This document shows, piece after piece, positions 31,622 through 41,595 of a DNA stretch of 64,000 nucleotides. The DNA is from Patescibacteria group bacterium (GTDB lineage: Bacteria > Patescibacteriota > UBA1384 > CAJBMM01), in the NCBI GenBank assembly GCA_041660565.1, contig JBAZWC010000002.1, forward strand, positions 85,520 to 149,519, given 5' to 3'. A program made the position numbers and the translations under genes. The first letter of the stretch is position 1. Each line of letters begins with the position of its first letter. Below the pieces are notes generated by a model that ran no database searches, was not told where the DNA came from, and saw only the letters and a list, made by a program, of their open reading frames with translations.

Positions 31622-31714
31622 GAGCTATCCCCTTTACGTTTTACGCCCGCCGGCGTAACGGCTCGCCTGTTCGAGCCGTTTGAATCCACACAAAAAATAC
31701 CACAAAAAGTGGTA
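31619..31714 (-). repeat. 96-bp promoter/leader, identical to 30752-30847
   Basis: Base-by-base identity. Confidence 0.95.
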
Positions 31715-31814
31715 GGTGTCCATATTTGACGTAAGGGTAGTTTGGGAAATTAGGGGTTTTAGGGGCATTAGGAACTCCCAATTTCCCTAATCGCCCTAAT
31801 GCCCCTAACCGGCT

Positions 31815-33076
31815 TTATTTTCCCAACAGCTCTTCTATCCTTAATAGCTCATTATATTTGGCGATGCGTTCGCCGCGGGCCGGCGCGCCAAATTTAACAT
31901 ACGGCACTTGCAACCCCACCGCCAAATGCGCCAAAATTGGGCTTTCGGTATCGCCAGAGCGGTGCGATAACACTGGCGCATAACCCAACTTTACCGCTTC
32001 GATTATTGCTTCCACCGAACCGGTTAACGTGCCAATTTGGGTTGGTTTAATCATAATTGCGTTGGCAATGTGGTCAGTGGCGCCTTTACGTAACCGCGTG
32101 GCGTTGGTGGAGAAAATGTCATCGCCAATTACCATAATTTTATCGTTCAATTGGCGCGACAACTCAATCCACCCATCCCAGTCTTGATCTGCCAAACCGT
32201 CCTCAATACCCATCAACGGAAAGTTGGCGTGCAACTTGGTAAATTTGTCTATTAGATATTGTGCCGGTACATCACCATCGTGATGAGAAAGATGATACAA
32301 TCGCGCATCGGTGTACAGATTATTCGCTGCCACATCCAACACAATGCCATGTCTTCGGCTTTGTAGCCGGCCAACTGCGTGCCCTCAACAATCAGCGACA
32401 TACCCTGATCGGTGGTAGCGTTTGGCACCGAATACCCACCTTCATCGCCCACCTGCTTGCCAAACCCACTTTTCTGCAAAATGGTGCCTACAGCATGATA
32501 AATATCCGCCCCAACTTGCAACGCTTGCCTAAAACTAGAGGCATTTTTGATCACAATGTTAAATTCTTGCGCGTCGGTAGAGAAAGCCGCCAATTTGCCA
32601 CCGTTAAAGATGTTAATCATTGGCTTAGGGATTTCTAATTTGGCGCTCGGGTCTAAATCTTCCCTAAGCATTCGAAAGCTAACATACGCCGGCTGTTTTT
32701 GACGATCTGCTTCGGCCATTGCATACGCATACGACAGGCAGAGGATGCCGTTGGCGCCGTAATGCTCCAAACTGGGAGTGCCGTCTAGGCCAACGATGTA
32801 CTGATCAAAAACTTTTTGATTATTAAATTCCATCCCGATAATTTGCGGCGCTAGATAATGATTAACGTTTTCTACTACGCGGGTAACGCCGCGGCCTCGC
32901 AAACGGCCTAAATCGCCATCGCGTAGTTCATGCATTTCGTATGAGCCAATAGAGGTGCCACTACCAACGTTAGCGGAAGTAACGCCACCGCCGTCTAGGG
33001 CGATGTCAACTTCTACCGTCGGGTCTCCTCGCGAGTCGATAATTTCTCTGGCTTTTATGGTGGTTATTTTAGACAA
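31815..33076 (-). pseudogene. eno: divergent enolase split by a single-base frameshift near 32343
   Basis: AREIIDSRGDPTVEV and VGDEGG lie in one frame; LDVAA, IEDG, GDD and SHRSGDTE lie in another. Confidence 0.85.
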
Positions 33077-33142
33077 TAAAACCCCTCTGCTAATATGATA
33101 ACAGAAAACAGATGACATGGGACAGAGGACAGACGCCACGAC

Positions 33143-33194
33143 CTGTCATTTCGACCCTACGAGAATGTCAATTCGAGTATGTTGGAGAAATCTT
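33143..33194 (+). repeat. TGTCATTTCGA...GGAGAAATCT REP-like element
   Basis: Related copies at 38281 and 48567. Confidence 0.7.
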
Positions 33195-33217
33195 AAAGAA
33201 GAATCCCTTCCAGTATA

Positions 33218-33253
33218 TAAAAAGAACGCCTCCCAACTTGCAGGGAGGCGTCG
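33218..33253 (-). terminator. terminator of paralog B1
   Basis: GACGCCTCCC...GGGAGGCGTT plus T-run; a homologous terminator sits at 34049-34082. Confidence 0.8.
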
Positions 33254-33261
33254 AGTACACG

Positions 33262-33906
33262 TCAAGCAACGACGACGCGGGCGCCAGCGTTCAGCTCATC
33301 CGAACCATGGGCGATGTTGAAATGTACACGATTTTTTCCTGCCCAGCGTGTGAAATCCATTCTTACACCGTGTACATGTCCCAAATGGTCGAGCACGTAT
33401 GGAATGTAGTATCGCCACGCCCAAGACTGGTCATCTTGGATGTACAACGCGACATACTGCCATACACGAGCCAAGGTTATTCCGATCTGACGGTGTAATT
33501 CTGGCGACACTCCGGTGCAGTCTGTCATCGAGGTGGTCTTGAGTATGTGAAGCTTAGCCGACATGCGCTCGTCAAGCCGATTTTCACTGTCGAGCATATC
33601 AGACGTGAAGATGGAACGGAACTCATCGCTCGTCTTCTCTATTCTCACCTCATCGCCAATAAACGCGCCCTGGGCAAACTTCTCCCTGAGGTCAAACCCC
33701 GTCAACGCTGGTAGTACAACGGAATACCAGAGCTCCAGAAGTTGTCGTCCCGCTGGTCTCGGCAGTTTGGACTTGACGTAAGTGACAAACTGGTCTGGGT
33801 GTTCGATCAACGCTTTTTGGAAGTCATCGTCCCCAACCCCACGCTCCTCCAGTAAGCGAGCCAGCTCGCCCACCTTTCTTGCACTAATAGGCTGCACGGT
33901 TGCCAC
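33262..33906 (-). CDS. GC-rich paralog family member B1
   Basis: GITLARVWQYV motif. Confidence 0.75.
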   Translation of the reverse strand: MATVQPISARKVGELARLLEERGVGDDDFQKALIEHPDQFVTYVKSKLPRPAGRQLLELWYSVVLPALTGFDLREKFAQGAFIGDEVRIEKTSDEFRSIFTSDMLDSENRLDERMSAKLHILKTTSMTDCTGVSPELHRQIGITLARVWQYVALYIQDDQSWAWRYYIPYVLDHLGHVHGVRMDFTRWAGKNRVHFNIAHGSDELNAGARVVVA

Positions 33907-33917
33907 CGCAACACCTA

Positions 33918-34016
33918 TTTGCCTTTCTGCGCCCTTCGACGCGGCCTTGGCCCGACAGTTCGGACCGTTGGTAAAGAACTAGCCAAAACGATACCACTTT
34001 AATCCGTATTTGTCCA
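33918..34016 (-). promoter_or_regulatory. promoter/leader B1 with boxA-like GTTCTTTACCAAC
   Basis: TGGACA-17-TATCGT; 33918-33996 is duplicated at 34720-34799. Confidence 0.85.
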
Positions 34017-34017
34017 C

Positions 34018-34050
34018 TGTCATTCCGGATTTAATTCGGAATCTATATAA
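34018..34050 (+). repeat. REP-like palindrome, copy 4
   Basis: TGTCATTCCGGATTTAATTCGGAATCTATATAA. Confidence 0.85.
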
Positions 34051-34090
34051 GAAGAACGCCTCCTAAGCATCAGGAGGCGTCGAATACCGG

Positions 34091-34711
34091 TCAACCGATG
34101 ACCAGACTGAATGATCTGAACGCGTCAAAGTTCCATCCGCGTCTGTTGTAACCGAGACGACAGATGACATCCGGATCGAACTTGACCCACACTCTGACGT
34201 GTGTGCCATTTACCGGCAGTACTCCGTCTGCACCTCGTCCCTGTGGTTTGATCAGCTGAATCAGGTGGGCGGGGTGGATCGGGATTGGTTGGTCGCCACT
34301 ACCGACTCCCACGATCATCATTCCCGATGACTCCGAGGTGCGAAATGGGCGGTAAACCACGTCTACTGATGGAATAATTATGGGGGTTTTGTCGAAATCG
34401 AGTGCCGTCGCCCAAAAGTCTGGAGAAAAAGCATCGATCTTGACACCGTCACCTAGGTCCACGGTCCCGTTGTAGAGATCAGACACCACGACATTGCGTT
34501 GTTCTGGGAGGTGGATTCGAAAGCTGCCATCATGTCCGATCGACAACTGATGCGTGTACTGGTTCTTCAACGATTCCGGCGGCTCTCTGCGCAGGAATAG
34601 GCACAATTGCCTTAACCACTCAGAGCCATTTCTTCCGCATAGCTTATCCCACAAATCCTTCATCGGTCCGTGTGCATCACGGAGCGACACACCGAGCATG
34701 TCATCAGACAT
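34091..34711 (-). CDS. GC-rich paralog family member B2
   Basis: PIHPAHLIQLIKPQGRGADGVLPVNG; SD AGAAAGG. Confidence 0.75.
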   Translation of the reverse strand: MSDDMLGVSLRDAHGPMKDLWDKLCGRNGSEWLRQLCLFLRREPPESLKNQYTHQLSIGHDGSFRIHLPEQRNVVVSDLYNGTVDLGDGVKIDAFSPDFWATALDFDKTPIIIPSVDVVYRPFRTSESSGMMIVGVGSGDQPIPIHPAHLIQLIKPQGRGADGVLPVNGTHVRVWVKFDPDVICRLGYNRRGWNFDAFRSFSLVIG

Positions 34712-34719
34712 GGTCAGTT

Positions 34720-34819
34720 TTTGCCTTTCTGCGCCTTAAAGACGCGGCCTTGGCCCGACAGTTCGGACCGTTGGTAAAGAACTAGCCAAAACGATACCAT
34801 CAAAACTAGCGCTTGTCGA
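34720..34819 (-). promoter_or_regulatory. promoter/leader B2 with boxA-like GTTCTTTACCAAC
   Basis: TCGACA-17-TATCGT; the leader is identical to B1 except in one hairpin loop. Confidence 0.85.
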
Positions 34820-34872
34820 GACGTAGAAAATCAAAATTTCAAATTCATCGTTATTCTTGCTACAATATCCCT

Positions 34873-36384
34873 ATGAATCTAACGCGAAAAGTGGCGTGGA
34901 ATACCGCCGTGCAAGGTTTTGGCCGCCTGCTGGCCATTTTAGTGTCGTTTGCCAGCGTCAAAATTTTAACCGTTAACCTGGGCCCGGCCGGCTACGGAGA
35001 GTACGCTGCTATTCTAAACTACGTTACCTTTTTTGCCGTGCTAGCCGATTTTGGTTTTTTCTGGATTTTAGTTAAAGAGCTATCAGTAGTTACCGATCGC
35101 GAGCGCACCAACTACATCACCGGTAACATTATGGCGTTTCGCGCCATCTTTGCCACTATCGTATTGGCTTGCGCCGTTATTGCCGTTTATTTGGCGCCAG
35201 CCGGCTCCATCGCCATTCTAACGCCAGCCGTTAAATGGGGCATTTTGGTGGTAGCTATCGCCACATTTTGGCAATCCATGAACAGTACTATGGTGGCGGT
35301 TTTTCAAGCGCATTTTAGGATGGAAGCGCCGGTTATTACCGATATCATCGGACGCATTATCTCGCTGATTGTTTTAATCCCGTTTATCATCTGGCATTTG
35401 AACGTGGCTTGGCTGGTTTCGGCGATGGTGTGGGGCGGATTTATTAATTTTGTCTTGAACATTATTGCCGGCCGCAAATACGCCGACTTTGGTTTTAAGT
35501 TTGATTTTGCATACTGGCGCAAAATTTGGTCGGAATGCGCTATTTTAGGCGTGGTTTCGGTGCTGGCGTTGGTCTATTTTAAGATCGACGGCGTGATGTT
35601 ATCGATTATGAGAAGCGCCACCGATGTGGGTATTTATTCGGCGCCTTATAAAGTGATTGAAATTATCAACTTTTTCCCCGCCATCTTTATGGGGTTGATT
35701 TTTACGGCGTTAGCGCAAAGCTGGCAGACGGACAAAAAACGAGCGGCCACGCTGATTAATCGATCAACCGAAGCGATGACCTTGATCATCTTTCCCATTC
35801 TAATTGCCGGCATTGTGCTAGCCAAACCGATTATGCAGTTTGTTACCTCTACCAGTTATGCCGACTACTCCACCGTTACCTTGAATATTTTGAACCATCA
35901 TTTGGTGTTTAACGGGGTGATGGTGTTGCAACTGTTGTTAGTTGCGGTAACTATTGATGCGTTTGCCAACATTTACGGCAAGGGGATCATTGCGTTTGGG
36001 TCAACAAAGCTGTTATTGTGGCCCAACGTCATCGCCGTTTTAGTGAATATTGGGCTTAATTTATACGTTATTCCGCGCTGGTCTTACGCCGGAACCACCT
36101 TTGTCACTATCATTACTGAATTAATTGTGTTAATAATTCAGATAGTCATTATTAAGCGATACGTTAAGATGGTTTTGCCATGGAAGATGTTTGGCCGCAC
36201 CATTTTGGCTACCCTAATGATGGCGATAGTGCTTTTGCCACTGCGAGACGTGAACGCGTTAATTGGACTTGGGGTAGGAGCAGTGGTTTATACTGCGTTT
36301 GCTTGGCTCTTTGGCGCTATCACGCCTGAAACGGTGCAGATGGTGTTTAAGAAAAACGAGGGCGAGGTAAGCACTAAACTCTAA
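34873..36384 (+). CDS. polysaccharide flippase (Wzx/MOP family)
   Basis: About 14 TM helices; LGPAGYGEY, LADFG and VGIYSAPYK motifs. Confidence 0.9.
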   Translation: MNLTRKVAWNTAVQGFGRLLAILVSFASVKILTVNLGPAGYGEYAAILNYVTFFAVLADFGFFWILVKELSVVTDRERTNYITGNIMAFRAIFATIVLACAVIAVYLAPAGSIAILTPAVKWGILVVAIATFWQSMNSTMVAVFQAHFRMEAPVITDIIGRIISLIVLIPFIIWHLNVAWLVSAMVWGGFINFVLNIIAGRKYADFGFKFDFAYWRKIWSECAILGVVSVLALVYFKIDGVMLSIMRSATDVGIYSAPYKVIEIINFFPAIFMGLIFTALAQSWQTDKKRAATLINRSTEAMTLIIFPILIAGIVLAKPIMQFVTSTSYADYSTVTLNILNHHLVFNGVMVLQLLLVAVTIDAFANIYGKGIIAFGSTKLLLWPNVIAVLVNIGLNLYVIPRWSYAGTTFVTIITELIVLIIQIVIIKRYVKMVLPWKMFGRTILATLMMAIVLLPLRDVNALIGLGVGAVVYTAFAWLFGAITPETVQMVFKKNEGEVSTKL

Positions 36385-36544
36385 GCACCAAATTCTAAAT
36401 AAATTCGAAATATCAAATTCAAAATTCAAAACGTATATTTTTTAATTTTTGTGCTTTGAATTTATTTAGTGCTTGGAACTTAGAATTTAGAATTTATTAC
36501 TTATAGGTGTCGCTAATTATTAAGAAAATAAAGGTGTATAGACA

Positions 36545-37615
36545 ATGAAGATAGGTATTGATATTCAAACCACCCTGGGCCAGAAAACCGGCTTTGGATT
36601 TTATGTGGACAATTTGGTCAAAGCCATGCAAAAAATTCGGGGAGATAACGAATTGGCGTTTTTTTATCCGGATTCAGAGCACGATTTATCCACCCCGCAG
36701 CGCTGGTGGTGGGATCAGATCAGTTTACCCAAAGCTGCTTACAAAGCCAAAGTAGATTTATTGCACCAACCGGCTTTTTCGGTGCCTATTTGGTATCCAG
36801 GTAAAAAAATTGTCACCATTCACGATACCATCAGCCTGTTTTACACCGACATTCCGTTTGTTTCACGCCAATATTACGCCAAATGGATGCCGTTTTCGTA
36901 TAATTATGGCGACCACTTTATCACCATCTCAAATCACTCCAAAAAAGACATCATGGAGCGAATGCATATTCCGGCAGATAAAATTACCGTCACCTACGAA
37001 GCGGCTGACGAGCGATTTCGCCTCCCGGTATCGGCAGACAAAAAACATGAAGTTTGTGCCAAATACGGCATCAAACCGCCATTTTTACTAGATGTCGGCA
37101 CCTTAAATCCTCGCAAAAACTTAGAGTTTTTAATTAAAGCTTTCGCCAAATCAATCAAGCATTTGGACAAGCCGTATCAACTGGTGCTAACTGGCAAAAA
37201 AGGCTGGCATTATGACCAGTTGTTTAAGTTGGTTGAGGATTTGGGCTTAAACGATCGGGTAATTTTTACCGGATATGTGGACGATGATGACAAACCGGCG
37301 CTTTATCACGCTTCTACGATGTTTGTTTTCCCATCGGTTTATGAAGGATTTGGTCTGCCACCGCTAGAGGCGATGACCTGTGGCGTGCCGGTCATTTCCA
37401 GCAATACCTCTTCCTTGCCCGAGGTGGTAGGTGATGGCGGTATTAGTTTAGACCCGCACGACGAAGCGGAATGGGTAAAATCGATTATTGAAGTTTTATC
37501 GCATGAAAAGCTTCACCATGACTTAAGCGAGCGCGCCGCTAAGCAGGCCGCAAAGTTCTCTTGGGATCGCTGCGCTAAAGAAACCCTAGCCGTTTACGAA
37601 ATGTTTAAGAAATAA
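36545..37615 (+). CDS. glycosyltransferase family 4
   Basis: PRKNL and FPSVYEGFGLPPLEAMTCGVPVI motifs. Confidence 0.95.
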   Translation: MKIGIDIQTTLGQKTGFGFYVDNLVKAMQKIRGDNELAFFYPDSEHDLSTPQRWWWDQISLPKAAYKAKVDLLHQPAFSVPIWYPGKKIVTIHDTISLFYTDIPFVSRQYYAKWMPFSYNYGDHFITISNHSKKDIMERMHIPADKITVTYEAADERFRLPVSADKKHEVCAKYGIKPPFLLDVGTLNPRKNLEFLIKAFAKSIKHLDKPYQLVLTGKKGWHYDQLFKLVEDLGLNDRVIFTGYVDDDDKPALYHASTMFVFPSVYEGFGLPPLEAMTCGVPVISSNTSSLPEVVGDGGISLDPHDEAEWVKSIIEVLSHEKLHHDLSERAAKQAAKFSWDRCAKETLAVYEMFKK

Positions 37616-38198
37616 TTTTTCTAGTCTGATCAATTTGATCACTCGCCGTTTCGAGCGTGCTATTTGGCATGTTCCAAGTTTGATAGATCAAATATCCAAC
37701 CCACCCAATGGCGCCGAATAGCGCCAGGGCTCCCAGAAAATATATCACCCCACCAATCTGTTGATCAGATTGTAACAAAGACCAATGATCAAGTAACCAG
37801 TGCCAATCGTGTGACTCCGGATCGTCTGTAATCAACGGAAGCGATCGAGCCTGTGCATCTTTAATGTACACCGCTACATTAATCAAGCTATCGCCCAACC
37901 AAAATAAAGCAAAAGCGGCAGAGCCAAACTGCTTTTTTGACCAAAATGCAATCAAACAAATAATCGGAATGATCAGTTGAGTCAACGAGCCACCCAGAAT
38001 ACGCAGTACGTCACCAAATGGCGAGAATAGTACGTGGCCGGATTCGTGAAAAATCAGATTGACATAGTCAAGAAAAATCCACGGTTGCTCAACCGGTCTA
38101 AGCAAGCGGCTGGTTAGATATATCAATACCGCACCACCCAAAACTAACCCAATAATGCGGTTCCAGTTGCGGTTGATAGTTTCGGCGTTGTTTTGCAT
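37605..38198 (-). CDS. membrane protein with HExGH motif (peptidase M50B-like)
   Basis: LIFHESGHV, GGSL, HDWHWLL motifs; 4-5 TM helices. Confidence 0.7.
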   Translation of the reverse strand: MQNNAETINRNWNRIIGLVLGGAVLIYLTSRLLRPVEQPWIFLDYVNLIFHESGHVLFSPFGDVLRILGGSLTQLIIPIICLIAFWSKKQFGSAAFALFWLGDSLINVAVYIKDAQARSLPLITDDPESHDWHWLLDHWSLLQSDQQIGGVIYFLGALALFGAIGWVGYLIYQTWNMPNSTLETASDQIDQTRKIIS

Positions 38199-38280
38199 AT
38201 TTTTAGTGTACCATGCCCAAATAGGCTAAATAAACTGACCGCTATTTCTGTTGATATATCGTGAATACGATTACCTCCGT

Positions 38281-38436
38281 TGTCATTTCGACCCGAGGAG
38301 CAGGCTCGAGCGACTACGTTGGAGAAATCTGAGAAAGAACCCCTTCCAGTTTTTCTCGAGATCTCTCCCTCCGGGCTTACGCCCTAAGAGGGCAGGAAGC
38401 CACCCTCGAGACAAAGCTCGAGGAGTCGAGATGACA
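38281..38436 (+). repeat. complete REP doublet TGTCATTTCGA...GGAGAAATCT / AGATCTCTCC...GTCGAGATGACA
   Basis: Terminal inverted repeats with nested palindromes. Confidence 0.75.
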
Positions 38437-38487
38437 GCAAAATGTAATTATTTCTATAGATATGTATATGTGTGTTAAAATATATTT

Positions 38488-39939
38488 ATGAAAAAGATTA
38501 GTTATTTTATTCTCTCGGTTCTAATATTCGGAACGGTTGTGGGACAATCGGCTTTGACTGTACCAAAGGCCTCGGCCGCAACATTTGATCCGAATAATTT
38601 AATTGACGATACCACCTTTACCAACATTAATGCCATCTACACCTCGGGCATTCAAGCCTTTTTGGTAGCTCAGGGGTCATTTTTAAAAAACTATTCCGAG
38701 GGCGGCCGAAGTGCGGCGCAAATCATCTTTGATGCGGCGCATGGGTTTGGAGACAGCACCGGCACTATCAACAGTATTGCGATCAACTCTACCACCGGTA
38801 CCGTGAGTCCGTACGTTATTCTTGCCACTCTACAAAAAGAGCAGGGGTTGATTAGCATGCCGACGCAGAATAACGCCAGCTTAAACGCGGCCATGGGTTA
38901 CGCTTGTCCGGATGGCGGAGGCTGTAATGCGGCTTACGCCGGGTTCACCAAACAAGTTGAGAACGGGGCTTGGCAGCTGCGCTACAACTACGAGCGCGCC
39001 AACGGCCGCGGTTTTACGGACTATCAGGTAGGACAGTCAATGAGTTTTGTCGATTATAACGGCACTCACTCTGCTACTTTTTCCAATCGATCCACCGCGT
39101 CTTTATATCGTTACACTCCGCACGTTTACAACGGTAACTATAACTTCTGGTATTTGTATAATCTCTATTTCCCTTCCTACTTACATCAATTTGTCAGTCA
39201 AAACGGTTACCCCACTTTAGCCCCCGGAGATTCGTACAACTTTAGAGTGACGGTTAAAAACACCGGCAGCGCCAGTTGGTCATCCGGTACGATCCACTTA
39301 GCTACCAACCGCCACCAAGACCGTGTCCCCGGTTTTACTCGGGAAGGCAACGGCCCAAGCGGCTGGACATCTGACAACCGCGTTAGAATGCAGGAAGACA
39401 GCGTAGACCCAGGTGAAAACGCCACATTTTCTTTCTGGATGAGAAATGACGGCATCACACCGGGCACTTATCGCGAATACTTTAGACTAGTAGCCGATGG
39501 TATTCAGTGGATGGAAGACTACGGTATCTACTGGGATGTCAGGACTATCTCAACGGCAGATTCATACCATCACTCGTTCGTCAGCCAAAATGCTTACCCT
39601 TCGTTAGGCAAGCAGTCCGAATACAATTTTAGAGTAACCGTTAGAAACACCGGCACTGCCACCTGGCGTAAAGGCGTGGTTAATTTGGGCACCAGCCGCA
39701 ACCTAGACCGCGTTTCCGCGTTTACACGAGAGGGTAACGGCCCAAGTGGCTGGGTTAAAGACAATCGCATTACGATGCAAGAAGACAGCGTAGCCCCGGG
39801 TGCGAACGCCACATTCTCGTTTTGGATGAGAAACGACTACGCCCCGATTGGCGTTAATCGCGAATACTTTAGACTAGTTGCCGACGGCATCACTTGGATG
39901 GAGGACTACGGCATTTATTGGGATGTTACGGCTCGTTAG
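38488..39939 (+). CDS. secreted protein: putative cell-wall hydrolase-like N-domain plus two tandem Ig-like (NBR1-type) repeats
   Basis: Signal peptide ending ASA; LATLQKEQGL..GYACPD..LYRYTPH; duplicated VTVKNTG..W..PG..ATFSF modules. Confidence 0.7.
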   Translation: MKKISYFILSVLIFGTVVGQSALTVPKASAATFDPNNLIDDTTFTNINAIYTSGIQAFLVAQGSFLKNYSEGGRSAAQIIFDAAHGFGDSTGTINSIAINSTTGTVSPYVILATLQKEQGLISMPTQNNASLNAAMGYACPDGGGCNAAYAGFTKQVENGAWQLRYNYERANGRGFTDYQVGQSMSFVDYNGTHSATFSNRSTASLYRYTPHVYNGNYNFWYLYNLYFPSYLHQFVSQNGYPTLAPGDSYNFRVTVKNTGSASWSSGTIHLATNRHQDRVPGFTREGNGPSGWTSDNRVRMQEDSVDPGENATFSFWMRNDGITPGTYREYFRLVADGIQWMEDYGIYWDVRTISTADSYHHSFVSQNAYPSLGKQSEYNFRVTVRNTGTATWRKGVVNLGTSRNLDRVSAFTREGNGPSGWVKDNRITMQEDSVAPGANATFSFWMRNDYAPIGVNREYFRLVADGITWMEDYGIYWDVTAR

Positions 39940-41426
39940 TTCGAAACTCCGGACCGAGTGTAAATTTCGGTTCCATCCGGATATTTTGCTGACAATCTGA
40001 AGCTAGAAAAAGTTCTCATTTTGGCCGATATTTGATCATAATTAGCATAATACGGATAAACATCCTCCGAAGTTAACGGTGGGCGTGAAGCGATGTAGAT
40101 TGTGAACACATCACTATGATTCACATCACCGTTTAGCTGCGTAGGCGAAATAATGGTTAAAACGTTGCGATTAACTAAATACTTAATAAACGGGTTGCCA
40201 TTATTGGCCATAATTACCCCGCTTTCGGGAGTAATCGTGTTCATAAATTGAAACGCCCCAGACTGATCATTAGAGACTCTGATTAAGCTATGAAAAGGGT
40301 CGGGTAACGCGTACGGACGATGAAAACTACCAACAAAGTCAACACCAATACCAAGCACAATAATGGCCACCACCATCCATCCGCGGCGATGCGCGTTTGC
40401 CCATTGCCATAGTTGCCACCCCAAAAATCCGCCGCACAACGATAACGGAATAGCCAACTCACGCACAAAACGTCCGGGTAATCCAAAAAACGAGGTGGTG
40501 CTAAACCAGATCAAAATTAGCACCCAAAATATCATCAACATCTTTTGTGGAAAACGAGTACGCGAAAAAAGCATCGCCACCAGCCCAATTAATCCGGTAT
40601 AAACTAACACCGGGTTATTCAATTCTAATAGCATTTGCCACGAAACCGAGTTACTGCCGGAGCCAAAATATTCGGCCAGCGACCTGCCTTGGATGATGTT
40701 CTCAATAAACGGCGTGGCAATTGGTCCGATAATCAGCCAACCAAGCCCGACAAACAACAATATCCCCACAATTACCCATAAAATCATCCCAATTTTCTCG
40801 TGATGTCGCTTTTTCCACAGTTGATTAACACCATATATTAGTGCCCACGGCCCGACTGCGATTAATAAATAAACCACCGTCAAATGGTGAGTCAGTACGA
40901 TAAGCATTGAGAATACAACGGCATAGATTAGATTTTTCCAAGACGGTTTGGAAACCAACAGATAAACATAGGCTACCGCCAGCGGCAATATGACGCTAGA
41001 AGCCAGTAAATTCGGATAATTACCATCTCCAAACGCCCTAACTGGCCCAAGTGCAATAAACGCCCAAATCGCCGCAGCCACCGCCCCCACCATCTCACTT
41101 TCAAAAATCTTTTTTCCAGCCAAATAGATCGAAATAATCGGCAAAATCAACAGCAATGGAGTAAACCAAATTACCGCTTTTAGCGCCGTCATATGCAATA
41201 TTTTGGTCAGAGCGATAATAATTAGGTGGAATCCCATTGGATAGCCGCTGGTCACTAACGAGATCTTATTCTGGAGCATAGTGGTAATGTAATATAGGTG
41301 ATTCGCCGCATCATCGCCCGGAGGCACCAGATAATTAAAATGTGTTGGGGTCCAATAAGCATAGACCGCTCGCCAGATGAGAGCGGCTAACACCAACAAC
41401 AACCATGGAGAAAGTTTTATCTTCAC
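39936..41426 (-). CDS. multi-TM GT-C-like membrane protein
   Basis: PPGDDAANH and YPMGFH early loop motifs; more than 10 TM helices. Confidence 0.7.
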   Translation of the reverse strand: MKIKLSPWLLLVLAALIWRAVYAYWTPTHFNYLVPPGDDAANHLYYITTMLQNKISLVTSGYPMGFHLIIIALTKILHMTALKAVIWFTPLLLILPIISIYLAGKKIFESEMVGAVAAAIWAFIALGPVRAFGDGNYPNLLASSVILPLAVAYVYLLVSKPSWKNLIYAVVFSMLIVLTHHLTVVYLLIAVGPWALIYGVNQLWKKRHHEKIGMILWVIVGILLFVGLGWLIIGPIATPFIENIIQGRSLAEYFGSGSNSVSWQMLLELNNPVLVYTGLIGLVAMLFSRTRFPQKMLMIFWVLILIWFSTTSFFGLPGRFVRELAIPLSLCGGFLGWQLWQWANAHRRGWMVVAIIVLGIGVDFVGSFHRPYALPDPFHSLIRVSNDQSGAFQFMNTITPESGVIMANNGNPFIKYLVNRNVLTIISPTQLNGDVNHSDVFTIYIASRPPLTSEDVYPYYANYDQISAKMRTFSSFRLSAKYPDGTEIYTRSGVSN

Positions 41427-41595
41427 CTTTTTATTCTAGCAATATTATGGAGGATAGAGAATAGAGTTTCTTGTTCGATCCGCCAGCTGGCGGAGAGAAC
41501 TATCACTAGATCACTATGGAGTAGTTCTCGTTACACTCGAACAATAATATGGCCGTCTTCCATCGTCCTACCAATTCAACTATAATTTGAACAAT

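Noticed and set aside
30080-34819. Diversity-generating retroelement or integron array
   Set aside because: There is no reverse transcriptase or integrase, no TR/VR pair with adenine-specific differences, and no attC-type ends. The repeats are 5' leaders.
38251-38478. 75-aa ORF (also 21686-21934, 27704-27946, 1835-2056)
   Set aside because: These are translations running through palindromic repeat elements and show no coding signal.
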